From assembly GCA_035559535.1 (NCBI GenBank), contig DATMBG010000042.1:62001-126000 (forward strand): DNA of 64,000 bases, in the 5' to 3' direction. Position numbers and translations under genes: made by a program. Each line of letters opens with the position of its first letter. The first letter of the stretch is position 1. The notes beneath the pieces were generated by a model. It saw only the letters and a list, made by a program, of their open reading frames with translations. It ran no database searches and had not been told where the DNA came from. Of this stretch, positions 48,040 to 57,853 are shown piece by piece. Source of the DNA: Candidatus Limnocylindrales bacterium (GTDB lineage: Bacteria > Moduliflexota > Moduliflexia > Moduliflexales > JAUQPW01).

Positions 48040-48762
48040 ATGAAAAAAATAATTCCCTTACTTGGGATGGGTATCTTTATGTGGATGGAGTGGGTGCCCC
48101 CTGAGATTTCGGAAGTATGGGCCCAGATGAGTTCGGCCCAGACGAACGGACAACGTGTATCACCGGTTATTCCTCCAAATCCTTCCTCTGTAACCCTTCA
48201 ACCGTTGATTCCTGTGAATCCCTCTTCTCAACCCCTTCGACCCATTACCCCTTCCAGGCCGTCTGCCGTTCAACTTCAGCCGGTGATTCCTGCGAATCCC
48301 TCTTCGCCACCTCTTCAACCCGTTATACCTCAGACCCCGTCCGTTACTCGACTTCAGCCGGTGATTCCTGCGAGTCCCTCTTCGCCACCTCTTCAACCCG
48401 TTATACCTTCTGGACCTGCGTTGGTTCCAATTCAGCCGGTGATCCCGCAGATCCTGCAGCCGGTTCCAGGAATTCCGGTAGATTTCGGATTTTTATTAAG
48501 TCCCATACGAGGGAGCCTTTTTCAGGCAAGTACCAATTCCAGAAGCGGAAATATCGCAGTGGCGGGTCAACAAATTCAATCCGCACTGGCCGAATTAAAT
48601 TTACTCCAACACCAGGTCCCGGCTGTAGCTCCTCAGGTTCAGCAGGCCCAAAGTAACTTGAGGGAAGCCTTACAACTCCTGGATCGAAACAGGCCCGATG
48701 AAGCCGTCCGGTCCATCCGACAAGCCGATGAGATTCTCACGTCTATTTTAAACCCGGATTAA
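48040..48762 (+). CDS. Secreted Pro-rich repeat protein
   Basis: AGGAGGAG RBS; N-terminal signal; seven 13-aa LQPVIPxxPSxxx units; helical C-terminus. Confidence 0.75.
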   Translation: MKKIIPLLGMGIFMWMEWVPPEISEVWAQMSSAQTNGQRVSPVIPPNPSSVTLQPLIPVNPSSQPLRPITPSRPSAVQLQPVIPANPSSPPLQPVIPQTPSVTRLQPVIPASPSSPPLQPVIPSGPALVPIQPVIPQILQPVPGIPVDFGFLLSPIRGSLFQASTNSRSGNIAVAGQQIQSALAELNLLQHQVPAVAPQVQQAQSNLREALQLLDRNRPDEAVRSIRQADEILTSILNPD

Positions 48763-48789
48763 CAAAAAGATGGCAAACGGCGAATAGCG

Positions 48790-49596
48790 ATGCCTACTTG
48801 CAATTCGCTATTCGCCATTGGCCTTTACAAGGCCGTGAACTCCTATCGATACTTATCCCAGATTTATGATCAATGGGAAAAACTCATGGGAGCTTCCTTT
48901 AGTATGCTGATTTTCCCTAAGCTCCAACAGGTCCTGGAAAGAACCCATCGCCCCATACAGAAAATGGTAGACCTGGCTTGCGGGACCGGAACCATGGCTA
49001 TCGCCATGGCGAAAATGGGCGTGGAGGTAATCGGAATCGACCTTTCAGAAGGTATGCTGGAAAAAGCCAGGGCAAAGGCCAAAAAGGCCGGGCTCTCCAT
49101 CCCCTTCTTCTGCCAGGATATGCGTTCCTTTAGCCTCACAGAAAAGGTTGACCTTGTAACCTCTTTTTACGATAGCCTCAATCATCTCCTGACTCCGGAA
49201 GATCTCCAACAAACCTTTGATGCAGTTGCCAGAAATCTCAATCCCGGGGGTCTGTTTATTTTCGATGTTAACAATAAAAATTGCTTTGAAAAATTGTGGC
49301 AGGGGACTTCGGTATTCCATCATGAAGAATTTACCCTCATCCTTGAGAATACCTTCGATGAGAAAAGCTTCCGGGCTCAGAGTCTTTCCACCATATTTCG
49401 TCGTAAGGATAAAGGACCTTTGTTCGAGAAGGCCACAGAACTTTGCGAGGAACGGTATTATCCCGATGAAGTTATTTATAACGGGCTAAATAGGGCGGGA
49501 TTTAAAGTTTTGGAAAAGGAAGATTTTAATCCTTTTTGGGAGATTATTTCCATAGGGCCAGTGAAAGAGTTCTGGATATGTGAAAAGCAGCGTTAA
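48790..49596 (+). CDS. Class I SAM-dependent methyltransferase (start uncertain)
   Basis: DLACGTG, GIDLSEGML, QDMR, DSLNH, LNPGGLFIFD. Confidence 0.92.
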   Translation: MPTCNSLFAIGLYKAVNSYRYLSQIYDQWEKLMGASFSMLIFPKLQQVLERTHRPIQKMVDLACGTGTMAIAMAKMGVEVIGIDLSEGMLEKARAKAKKAGLSIPFFCQDMRSFSLTEKVDLVTSFYDSLNHLLTPEDLQQTFDAVARNLNPGGLFIFDVNNKNCFEKLWQGTSVFHHEEFTLILENTFDEKSFRAQSLSTIFRRKDKGPLFEKATELCEERYYPDEVIYNGLNRAGFKVLEKEDFNPFWEIISIGPVKEFWICEKQR

Positions 49597-49676
49597 GGGT
49601 CTGGAATCAAAGGCCGGCAGGGAAAGGAATCTGCTAAATCCCGGGTTATTCTGAATGCCGATTCCTGACCTTTCTT

Positions 49677-51272
49677 CTAAAATTCCTCTTCTCCGACTTC
49701 TTCTTTGGCCAGGGCATCTTGAGCTTTTTGGAGTTCCTCTTCCCGAAGGGCTTTTTTCAAGATTTTACCGGTTGGTGTTTTTGGCAGGGAAGTTCGGAAC
49801 TCGAAGTATTTAGGGTTTTTGTACATGGCGATCTTTTCATGGCAGAATCGTCTGAACTCTTTTTCGGTCGCCGTGACCCCTTCCTTTAGGGTAATAAAGG
49901 CCTTCGGGACTTCCCCCCGCTGTTTATCGGGAACTCCAATAACTGCGCATTCGGCCACTTTGGGATGGGTATAGAGAACCTCTTCCACTTCCCGGGGGTA
50001 CACGTTCATCCCTCGAACGATGAGCATGTCTTTTTTACGATCTACGATGTAGATGTATCCCTCCTCGTCGATCTTAACCAGGTCTCCGGTATGTAGCCAT
50101 CCCTCCTGGAGGGTCTTGGCTGTTTCCTCAGGTTGATTATAATACCCCACCATAACCGTATCCCCTTTAACGAGTAACTCTCCTACCTTGTTGGGCGTCT
50201 CGATACTGTTTCCATCTTCATCTATGACCTTAATCTGGACCCCCTTGATGGGTAATCCTACGGATAGAGGTTTTCGCTTCCCATGGAGGGGATTGACGCT
50301 AACACCGGCCGAGGCCTCAGATAAACCGTAACCTTCCAACAGGGGAATTTTAAATTTTTTTTCAAATTGTTTTAGAACCTCCGCAGGAAGGGCTGCAGCG
50401 CCTGAAATACAAACCCGAATGGGATTAATCCAATGGAAGAACCTGGGAACTTTTGCAGTAACCAGGGCGTGGTAAACCGGAGGGATTCCTACTAAAACAG
50501 AAACCCTGGAGAACAAAATAGTATTCACAACCCGTTTGAAAGGTTTTACAGAGGTTAAAAGGATAACCCGAGCTCCTTGACTGAAAGTAGCCAGTGTACA
50601 GTTGATAAACGTGTAAGCGTGGAATAAGGGGAGAAAAACCAAAACACGATCCCGATGACTGATCCGGATGGCATCGATATTGGCATCAATAGCCGCCAAG
50701 AGGTTTTTATGGGAAAGCATGGCCCCTTTGGGTTTCCCTGTGGTACCCGATGTATAGTGGATCACAACCACATCTTCTTTTCTCACCCCAAATTTTTCTT
50801 CAAGCTCCAGAGGTTCTTTATCAAAGCGTTCAAGGGGAATAGCTCCCTCCACCCCATCTTTTCCGCCCACCATAAGGATAGATTTTAATTTCGGCAGATC
50901 GGATCGGATCGGCTTAACGAGTTCAAATAACTCGGGGCTGGTTACAAGGGTGGAAACCTCACAGTCATTCAAAATGAATTTGACCTCTTCGGAAGATAAA
51001 AAAGTGTTGATAGGTACGTTGATTCCACCCAGTTTAGAAACTGCAAAATAGGTGAAAATAAACTCCGGACAATTAGGAAGAAGAATCGCAACCTTATGAC
51101 CGAATCGAACCCCCAGTTTATTTAAACCATTGGCAATCTGGTTGACCCTCTGGTTCATCAGCCGATAGGTAAACTTTTTTCCTTCAAAAATAAGACCCTT
51201 TCGCCGGGGATGTTCCGCAGCAATCTCCTCTAACATGGTCCCTAAAGTCATAGAGGGATCTTGAAGATTCAT
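49677..51272 (-). CDS. Long-chain fatty acid-CoA ligase
   Basis: YTSGTTGKPKG, EGYGLSE, TGD, LPKTPTGK. Confidence 0.93.
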   Translation of the reverse strand: MNLQDPSMTLGTMLEEIAAEHPRRKGLIFEGKKFTYRLMNQRVNQIANGLNKLGVRFGHKVAILLPNCPEFIFTYFAVSKLGGINVPINTFLSSEEVKFILNDCEVSTLVTSPELFELVKPIRSDLPKLKSILMVGGKDGVEGAIPLERFDKEPLELEEKFGVRKEDVVVIHYTSGTTGKPKGAMLSHKNLLAAIDANIDAIRISHRDRVLVFLPLFHAYTFINCTLATFSQGARVILLTSVKPFKRVVNTILFSRVSVLVGIPPVYHALVTAKVPRFFHWINPIRVCISGAAALPAEVLKQFEKKFKIPLLEGYGLSEASAGVSVNPLHGKRKPLSVGLPIKGVQIKVIDEDGNSIETPNKVGELLVKGDTVMVGYYNQPEETAKTLQEGWLHTGDLVKIDEEGYIYIVDRKKDMLIVRGMNVYPREVEEVLYTHPKVAECAVIGVPDKQRGEVPKAFITLKEGVTATEKEFRRFCHEKIAMYKNPKYFEFRTSLPKTPTGKILKKALREEELQKAQDALAKEEVGEEEF

Positions 51273-51437
51273 AGGTTTCTATCCCCGAAGGGTATGGGGG
51301 TATGGGGGTATGGGGGTATGGGAGTATGGGAGTATAAGTAATTATTCTCCCACACTCCCATACTCCCATACCCCCATACCCCCACACTTTCCCACTCCCA
51401 TACCTTTCATAGCCCTTCGGGGAGGCTCTGTCTCTTT

Positions 51438-52940
51438 TCACCTGAGTTCTCTTTTGAGAATTTTACCTGTAGGCGTTTTGGGTAGAGATTTTCTGAACTC
51501 GATATAACGAGGTATCTTATATCTGGCCAGTTTTTCCATACAATATCGTCGGATTTCTCGTTCAGTCAGGGCAGCACCTTCTTTAAGGACGATAAAGGCT
51601 TTGGGTACCTCTCCGCGCTGTTCATCCTTTACCCCGATCACGGCACATTCTACTATCTGGGGATGGGAGAGCAGGACCTCTTCGATCTCCCTGGGGTATA
51701 CGTTGATCCCTCGTACCAACAGCATATCCTTCTTTCGATCTAGAATGTAGAGATACCCATCTTCATCAAGCTTTCCTATATCTCCCGTTAATAACCAGCC
51801 ATCTCGAAGGACACTTTGAGTTGCTTCAGGTAAGCGGTAATATCCAAGCATGACATTGGGGCCTTTAACGGCGATTTCTCCTTCCTGTCCCACCGGAAGA
51901 TCATTTCCTTCTGCATCGACTATCTTGACCTGAACCTGGGGTATAGGCAGGCCTACCGAACCTACCTTTCGGACCCCTTCTAACGGGTTAACCGAAACAA
52001 CCGGAGAGGCCTCCGATAAACCATAGCCTTCGAGCAACGGAGCTCCGAATTTCTTCTCTATCTTTTCAATGGTTGCCGCCGAGAGTGGAGCCGAACCCGA
52101 GATAAAAGCCCGAATGGCATGAAGATATTTAACAATCCAGGGTACTTTTCTCTCGGCCAGAATATTGAAAACCGCCGGAACCCCTACAAAAATGGTCACA
52201 CGGTCCCATAAGATGCTCTTTTTTATTTCCTCCAAGGACTTTACCGATTCCAACAGGATGATTCTGGCTCCCCCATATATGGGGGCTAAAACACAAACCG
52301 TAAAGGTAAAGGCATGAAAAAGTGGTAAAAACAACAGGAACCTATCCCTATGGGAAAATTTAAATGCCCGGATGCAACTCTCGATATTTGAATACAGATT
52401 CTTATGGGACAACATAACTCCCTTGGGATGACCGGTTGTACCAGAGGTATAAATTAAAACGGCCAGATTCTCAGGATTTAGCTTTTTTCCCGGAGATACA
52501 GGGAGTTCAGCTTCCATTAACCTGTTCAACGAAAGAAATTCTTTCGAGTCGTCATCCATCAAGATTGTGTATTTTAATGACAACACCTGAGGTAGTATGG
52601 GTTGAAGGGTTTCTAAAAATTTTTTAGAAGTAATTATCGCCTTGAGCTGGCAATCATTCATAATATAGGCCAGCTCTACGCCGGTCAGAAAAGTGTTAAG
52701 AGGAACGACAACTCCTCCGGTTTTAAGAATGGCGAAATAGCTGATAATATATTCCGGCTTATTCTCAAGAAGTATACCAACCTTGTCCCCTTCCTGTACA
52801 TCCCGTTTAAGAAGAGCCTGGCTTAATCGATTGACGGCTTCATCCAGTTGCTTAAAGGTTATTTTTTGCTTGCCGAATTTAATCGCTATGTGATGCGGGA
52901 ATCTTTCGGCAGTTTCTTCCAACATCTGACCTAAGATCAT
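51438..52940 (-). CDS. Long-chain fatty acid-CoA ligase (tandem paralog)
   Basis: YTSGTTGHPKG, EGYGLSE, TGD, LPKTPTGK. Confidence 0.93.
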   Translation of the reverse strand: MILGQMLEETAERFPHHIAIKFGKQKITFKQLDEAVNRLSQALLKRDVQEGDKVGILLENKPEYIISYFAILKTGGVVVPLNTFLTGVELAYIMNDCQLKAIITSKKFLETLQPILPQVLSLKYTILMDDDSKEFLSLNRLMEAELPVSPGKKLNPENLAVLIYTSGTTGHPKGVMLSHKNLYSNIESCIRAFKFSHRDRFLLFLPLFHAFTFTVCVLAPIYGGARIILLESVKSLEEIKKSILWDRVTIFVGVPAVFNILAERKVPWIVKYLHAIRAFISGSAPLSAATIEKIEKKFGAPLLEGYGLSEASPVVSVNPLEGVRKVGSVGLPIPQVQVKIVDAEGNDLPVGQEGEIAVKGPNVMLGYYRLPEATQSVLRDGWLLTGDIGKLDEDGYLYILDRKKDMLLVRGINVYPREIEEVLLSHPQIVECAVIGVKDEQRGEVPKAFIVLKEGAALTEREIRRYCMEKLARYKIPRYIEFRKSLPKTPTGKILKRELR

Positions 52941-53102
52941 GTTAACCTTTATATTTCTCCTGAAAAAGATTTATATTTGGTTATACCCTATAGCTAAGGA
53001 ATTAAATTAAGATAAGATTAAATAGAGTTATTAACAAGAAGTCAAGGAGAAAATTTGAAAGGCCTGAGAACCTTCTTGTCCCTGAGGCATTTTGTTTTCT
53101 AC

Positions 53103-53131
53103 TTGACAGATCCGGGTCGTTATTATATTCT
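53103..53131 (+). promoter_or_regulatory. Putative sigma70 promoter
   Basis: TTGACA-17 bp-TATTCT. Confidence 0.55.
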
Positions 53132-53209
53132 GTTTCAAGACTATAGGGAGACAAGATTATCAAGATTATAGGGAGAAAGGTTTAACTATCGGGAAAGGGA
53201 GTTAACATC

Positions 53210-54166
53210 ATGGGTATTTCTGCCGAAGATAAAGGTAAAGGAAAACGCATTATCATGCAGTTTTTTAAAACCATGGCTCACGTACAAAGAGCCCTTTTAG
53301 TCCTTTTTGAGAAGGACGAGTATCAGGGAATTCAACGTCTGTTGCTGTTGTTAAATCCTGAAAGTAAAGTGGAAATTGACTCGATTGACAACCTGCGCAG
53401 AGGGCTAAGCATGATTTTGCAACATATTTACTCCCTCCCCTTTGAGGATAAAGAAGGGCATTTTCTGGAATTGATGCGATGTAAATCCCATCAGGAAGTC
53501 CTCCAAAAAGAAAAAGCGGCTTTTATTGATTATTTTCTGGGCAATCAGCCCGTGTTCAAGAGTTATTTAAAACAAGTTGCCGTGGAGGATGGAAACTATT
53601 ATGTTTTCAATCAAATTTGTAAAGAACTTCTCAACCGTCAGGAAGAAGTGAAAGACTTAAGGACTTTTAAAAGCAGCCTGAGGGATTTGCAGAATATATT
53701 GGCCAGGCGCATGGCTAATGGAAGTAGTGAGGAAGCTATTCTGGAGGATTTAAAAAAGAAAGTTAAAGAAGCCCCTGCTTCTGGATCTGTCTCGATTCCC
53801 AAACCAGGGTTCTCTGCCTTAGAACTCGTTCCCGACAATAAATCTCCCCATACCGGTGAAGAGGCCGGTAAATATAACTCTTCCCTGGTATCTGAACGTG
53901 CCCCATCGCTTTCCCTACAGCCTCCTTCTGAGGAAGAAAAACGCCGGGCCATAGAAACGATTCTGAATGGACCTAAGTATGAACCCCTTCGAAGGCTTCT
54001 ACTTAAAACGGTTGTAGAAGATCCCCAATTTCATACTTTTCAAAGTTATCTCAATAATATCCTGCCTCCGCCAGAACGGATTGTGGCCAGAGATTTAGAT
54101 TCCTTTTCTAAAGGTCTCCAGAGGATTAAAGAATTCAGAGATAATCTGGAAAGGGAGTTAAGTTAG
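53210..54166 (+). CDS. Hypothetical helical protein
   Basis: 318-aa ORF with RBS and promoter; no family motif recognised. Confidence 0.75.
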   Translation: MGISAEDKGKGKRIIMQFFKTMAHVQRALLVLFEKDEYQGIQRLLLLLNPESKVEIDSIDNLRRGLSMILQHIYSLPFEDKEGHFLELMRCKSHQEVLQKEKAAFIDYFLGNQPVFKSYLKQVAVEDGNYYVFNQICKELLNRQEEVKDLRTFKSSLRDLQNILARRMANGSSEEAILEDLKKKVKEAPASGSVSIPKPGFSALELVPDNKSPHTGEEAGKYNSSLVSERAPSLSLQPPSEEEKRRAIETILNGPKYEPLRRLLLKTVVEDPQFHTFQSYLNNILPPPERIVARDLDSFSKGLQRIKEFRDNLERELS

Positions 54167-54260
54167 AAGCGTCCTTGGGTTATGAAGTAATCGAGTTTTA
54201 ACCCTGGCGAATCAAACCGGATTTCATCGGTAGATAAATCTTCTGGGGTTACCTGCAAGC

Positions 54261-55316
54261 ATGTTTCACAAGATTTTAGTAGTACAGACGGCCTTTATCG
54301 GGGATGTTTTATTGACAACCCCCCTGCTAAAGGCTCTTCGTCAACTCTTCCCATATACTACCATCTCGGTCCTTGTTCGGCCCCCCTCCCAATCCTTACT
54401 TAAAAATAATCCCGATGTAGATGAAATTCTCATCTATGACAAGCGGGACTCCGATAAAGGAATCAAGGCTTTCTTTAGAGTTGTCAAAGAACTCCGGAAG
54501 TCCAATTTTAACCTGGCCTTATCGCCCCACCGCTCCTTACGAACCGCCTTGCTTTTATGGATGGCTGGAATTCCTAAACGAATCGGATTCAAAACCGGAT
54601 TGGGTCAGTATTTGTATCACCATAGAGTTCCTTTTCGCTCCTATAAGCATGACATCGAACGTAATCTTTCTCTTTTGGCTCCTTTGACCTTGACTCCCAA
54701 GATTTTTTCCACAGAGATGGTCCTTCCTGTAATCCAGGAGGATCAGGAGGCTGCCGCCCAACTTCTGGAAAGGGCGGGTGTAGATTTAAAGAGAAAACCT
54801 CTTATTGGAATCAGCCCGGGTTCCATATGGCCGACCAAAAGATGGATTCCGGAGAAATTCTCGGAATTAATTCCCCGACTCATAGAAAATTACCGGGGAA
54901 CCGTCCTTCTTTTAGGAAGCAAGGAAGACCTTGACCTTTGCAAGAAAATTTCTTCTCAATGTCGATTTAGCTCGGAGGATCAACGTCGTTGTCTGATCAA
55001 TCTGGCCGGCCAGACAACGCTATCGGATTTGGCTGCAATCATCGACCGATGCGATCTCTTTATCACCAACGACAGCGGCCCGATGCATATTGCATCGGCA
55101 AGAAAGATTCCTACCGTCGCTATTTTTGGCTCTACGGTACCCTCTCAAGGCTACGCACCTTTACATAAAAAAGCCGTTGTGGTTGAAAAAACGCTTCCCT
55201 GCAGACCCTGTGGGGAGCACGGACGCAAGAAATGTCCCCAGGGTCATTTCCTCTGCATGAAAGCCATTACGGTAGAGGATGTTTTAGGAGCTGCCGAAAG
55301 TCTCCTGGGTATTTAA
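54261..55316 (+). CDS. waaF: LPS heptosyltransferase II (GT9)
   Basis: TAFIGDVLL, PGSIWPTKRW, NLAGQT, NDSGPMHIA, CRPC. Confidence 0.85.
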   Translation: MFHKILVVQTAFIGDVLLTTPLLKALRQLFPYTTISVLVRPPSQSLLKNNPDVDEILIYDKRDSDKGIKAFFRVVKELRKSNFNLALSPHRSLRTALLLWMAGIPKRIGFKTGLGQYLYHHRVPFRSYKHDIERNLSLLAPLTLTPKIFSTEMVLPVIQEDQEAAAQLLERAGVDLKRKPLIGISPGSIWPTKRWIPEKFSELIPRLIENYRGTVLLLGSKEDLDLCKKISSQCRFSSEDQRRCLINLAGQTTLSDLAAIIDRCDLFITNDSGPMHIASARKIPTVAIFGSTVPSQGYAPLHKKAVVVEKTLPCRPCGEHGRKKCPQGHFLCMKAITVEDVLGAAESLLGI

Positions 55317-55744
55317 AAAGACAGGAAGATGGAGTAGGGGAGTGTGGGGTGTGGGAGTAGGGAGGTGTGGGAAGTAGGGGCGGAAGGCCTTCCGCCCCTA
55401 CTTGGAGATCTGCCGGTTTTCCCTTTCCCCACTCCACCCCCTTCCCTCCCCGCCTGCGGGGAGGGAGAGAGGGGCCAGGGGGGTGTTGGGGTTAATAAAG
55501 TAATTCCTTCTGGTCTTATGCTGGTGCTTGAGTAGGGGCGGAAGGCCTTCCGCCCCTACTTAAAAAAGGCGGGCACAGTATAGGGAAAAAACCTGTTATC
55601 CCTATAAGAAAAGCTTGCATAAGGTCACCCCACTGCGGCTAACCTTCTTAACCCGCCTATGGAGTCAGGGGGTCAGGCGAGAAAAAATCTAACATAGGGG
55701 CGTACGGCCGTACGCCCCTACTCCCCGACCTTCATACTTCGGAG

Positions 55745-56884
55745 ATGAATATCGCTCACATAACAACAGAGGTTTCATGGCGAGGTGGAGAGGTCCAATT
55801 GTTTTATTTGTCCCTGGGTCTGGCCCGAAAAGGTTACACCAACTTTCTCATCACCCCGCCTGGAAGTGCCCTGGCCGGGAGAGTTGAAGCTCTTGAAGAA
55901 CCTTCCTTAAAGCCCCATCTGAAAATCATTACCCTTTCCATGAGGGGAGAATGGGATGTTCAGGCCGTCTTTCGGATGGCTCAAATTTTACGTCAAGAAC
56001 AGGTTCACATCCTCCACATGCATACGGCCCATGCGGTAACTTTGGGTTCTCTGGCCGGTAAAATTGCCCGAATTCCCGTCTGTATCCTCTCCCGCAGGGT
56101 TCAATTTCCCCTTCGCTCCCGATTAAGCCGATTCAAGTATCAATGGGGTATCGACAAAATTATAGCCGTTTCCCATGAAGTCCGAAGTCAGCTTCTGAGA
56201 AGTGGAATCGAGGAAGATAAAATCATTGTAATCCCCAGTGGGGTCGATTTAGTCAGGTTTAATCCCCGGATCCTATCCGGCCGATTACATCTGGAACTCA
56301 AGCTTCCTGAAGATGCCTTACTGGTGGGTGTCATAGGATATCTCTCTCCCGAAAAAGGTCAATCTTTGCTGATTCAGGCCGTTCCCGAGATCTTGAAACA
56401 GATTCCAGAAGTCAAAGTTATCCTGGTGGGGGATGGTCCCTTGCGATCAGCCCTTCAAAGCCAGATCAATACCCTGGGTTTAAATCAAACCGTTTATTTG
56501 TTGGGATTCCGGTCGGATATTCCTGAAATTCTGGCAGATCTGGATATCCTTCTCTCAACCTCTTTCTCTGAAGGCTCTCCAGGCACTGTAAAGGAGGCCA
56601 TGGCCCTGGGAAAACCGGTCATAGCCCTGGATACAGGTGGGGTCCGGGAACTTATTACCCATGGAGTTGAAGGAATCCTGATTCCTTATCGGGAAGCTGC
56701 AAAGGGAGGTTTTCATAAAGAACTCGTGGGGGAGCTAGCCGCTGCAGTTATTGCCTTGCTGAAGGATAGGAAGAAAAGACAACACATGGGCCAGGCCGCC
56801 GTCAAGAAAATCCAGGCCTACGGCATGGATAAGATGGTCGAAAGGACAGAAGCTCTTTACCTGGAAATTTTAAGAAAAAAGTAG
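55745..56884 (+). CDS. Glycosyltransferase family 4
   Basis: RGGE, EKGQ, LGFRSDI, EGSPGTVKEAMA (EX7E). Confidence 0.92.
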   Translation: MNIAHITTEVSWRGGEVQLFYLSLGLARKGYTNFLITPPGSALAGRVEALEEPSLKPHLKIITLSMRGEWDVQAVFRMAQILRQEQVHILHMHTAHAVTLGSLAGKIARIPVCILSRRVQFPLRSRLSRFKYQWGIDKIIAVSHEVRSQLLRSGIEEDKIIVIPSGVDLVRFNPRILSGRLHLELKLPEDALLVGVIGYLSPEKGQSLLIQAVPEILKQIPEVKVILVGDGPLRSALQSQINTLGLNQTVYLLGFRSDIPEILADLDILLSTSFSEGSPGTVKEAMALGKPVIALDTGGVRELITHGVEGILIPYREAAKGGFHKELVGELAAAVIALLKDRKKRQHMGQAAVKKIQAYGMDKMVERTEALYLEILRKK

Positions 56885-57001
56885 GGACGTAAGGCCTTAC
56901 GCCCCTACAAGAACACGGTAAAGTCACTGTAACCGTTACAACGGTAAATTCTTCCTTGACTTGTACGGGCGTACGGCTGTACGCCCGTACTTATTAAGTA
57001 T

Positions 57002-57817
57002 ATGTCCGCTTTATCTGTAACCCTCATCACCTATAACGAGGAAAATAAGATCGCCGACGCCCTGGAAAGTGTTAAGTGGGCAGATGAAATCGTTGTTGTC
57101 GATTCTTTCAGTACCGATCGTACCCTGGAGATTTGCAAACGTTATACCGATAAAGTCTATCAGATTCCCTGGCAGGGCTATGTAGTTCAAAAAAACCTGG
57201 CCCTGGAAAAGGCATCCCATGAATGGATTTTAAACCTGGATGCCGATGAGCGGGTCTCTCCGGAACTGGCAGAGGAAATAAAGAGGGCTTTACAAACCGA
57301 TGAGTTTGACGGTTATTATATCCCGAGGCGGGTTTTTTACCTGGGAACCTGGATCCGATATGCCGGCTGGTACCCGGACTATAAACTGCGATTGTTTAAG
57401 AAGAGCCTGGCCAGGTGGGAAGGACCGGGCATCCATGAAAAGGTGGTATTAAAGGGAAGGGTCGGCTACTTGAAGGGAGACCTTTACCACTTTTCCTACG
57501 ATAATTTAGCTCATCACGTCAACAAGATTAACCAGTTTACCACCATTGCCGCTGAACAGATCCGAAAACCCGTTCGAGGTCATACCATTTTTTTGAGGGC
57601 GCTTTTTGCTTTTTTCAAGAAATATTTCCTTAAAAGAGCTTTCTTAGAGGGAACCCGGGGCCTTATTATAAGTGGAATGTCCGCTTTTCAGGTATTTATT
57701 AAATATGCCAAGATGTGGGAACTCTCCCAAAATCCCAAAGGGCATGGGGACACGAAACCATGGGAACTCGGGAAAATTGATAAGGCGCGGGAGCAGGAGG
57801 ACTTGGAAAGGCAATGA
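57002..57817 (+). CDS. Glycosyltransferase family 2 (KdtX/WaaE-like)
   Basis: TYNEE, VVDSFSTD, LDADER, WYPD, IHE. Confidence 0.92.
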   Translation: MSALSVTLITYNEENKIADALESVKWADEIVVVDSFSTDRTLEICKRYTDKVYQIPWQGYVVQKNLALEKASHEWILNLDADERVSPELAEEIKRALQTDEFDGYYIPRRVFYLGTWIRYAGWYPDYKLRLFKKSLARWEGPGIHEKVVLKGRVGYLKGDLYHFSYDNLAHHVNKINQFTTIAAEQIRKPVRGHTIFLRALFAFFKKYFLKRAFLEGTRGLIISGMSAFQVFIKYAKMWELSQNPKGHGDTKPWELGKIDKAREQEDLERQ

Positions 57818-57853
57818 ATTATCTTCCACCTCCCTGTCTTTAGTCCTAAGAAA

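Noticed and set aside
53140-53151. T7 promoter-like actatagggaga suggesting vector contamination
   Set aside because: The upstream TAATACGACTC is absent; the match is part of a local tandem repeat
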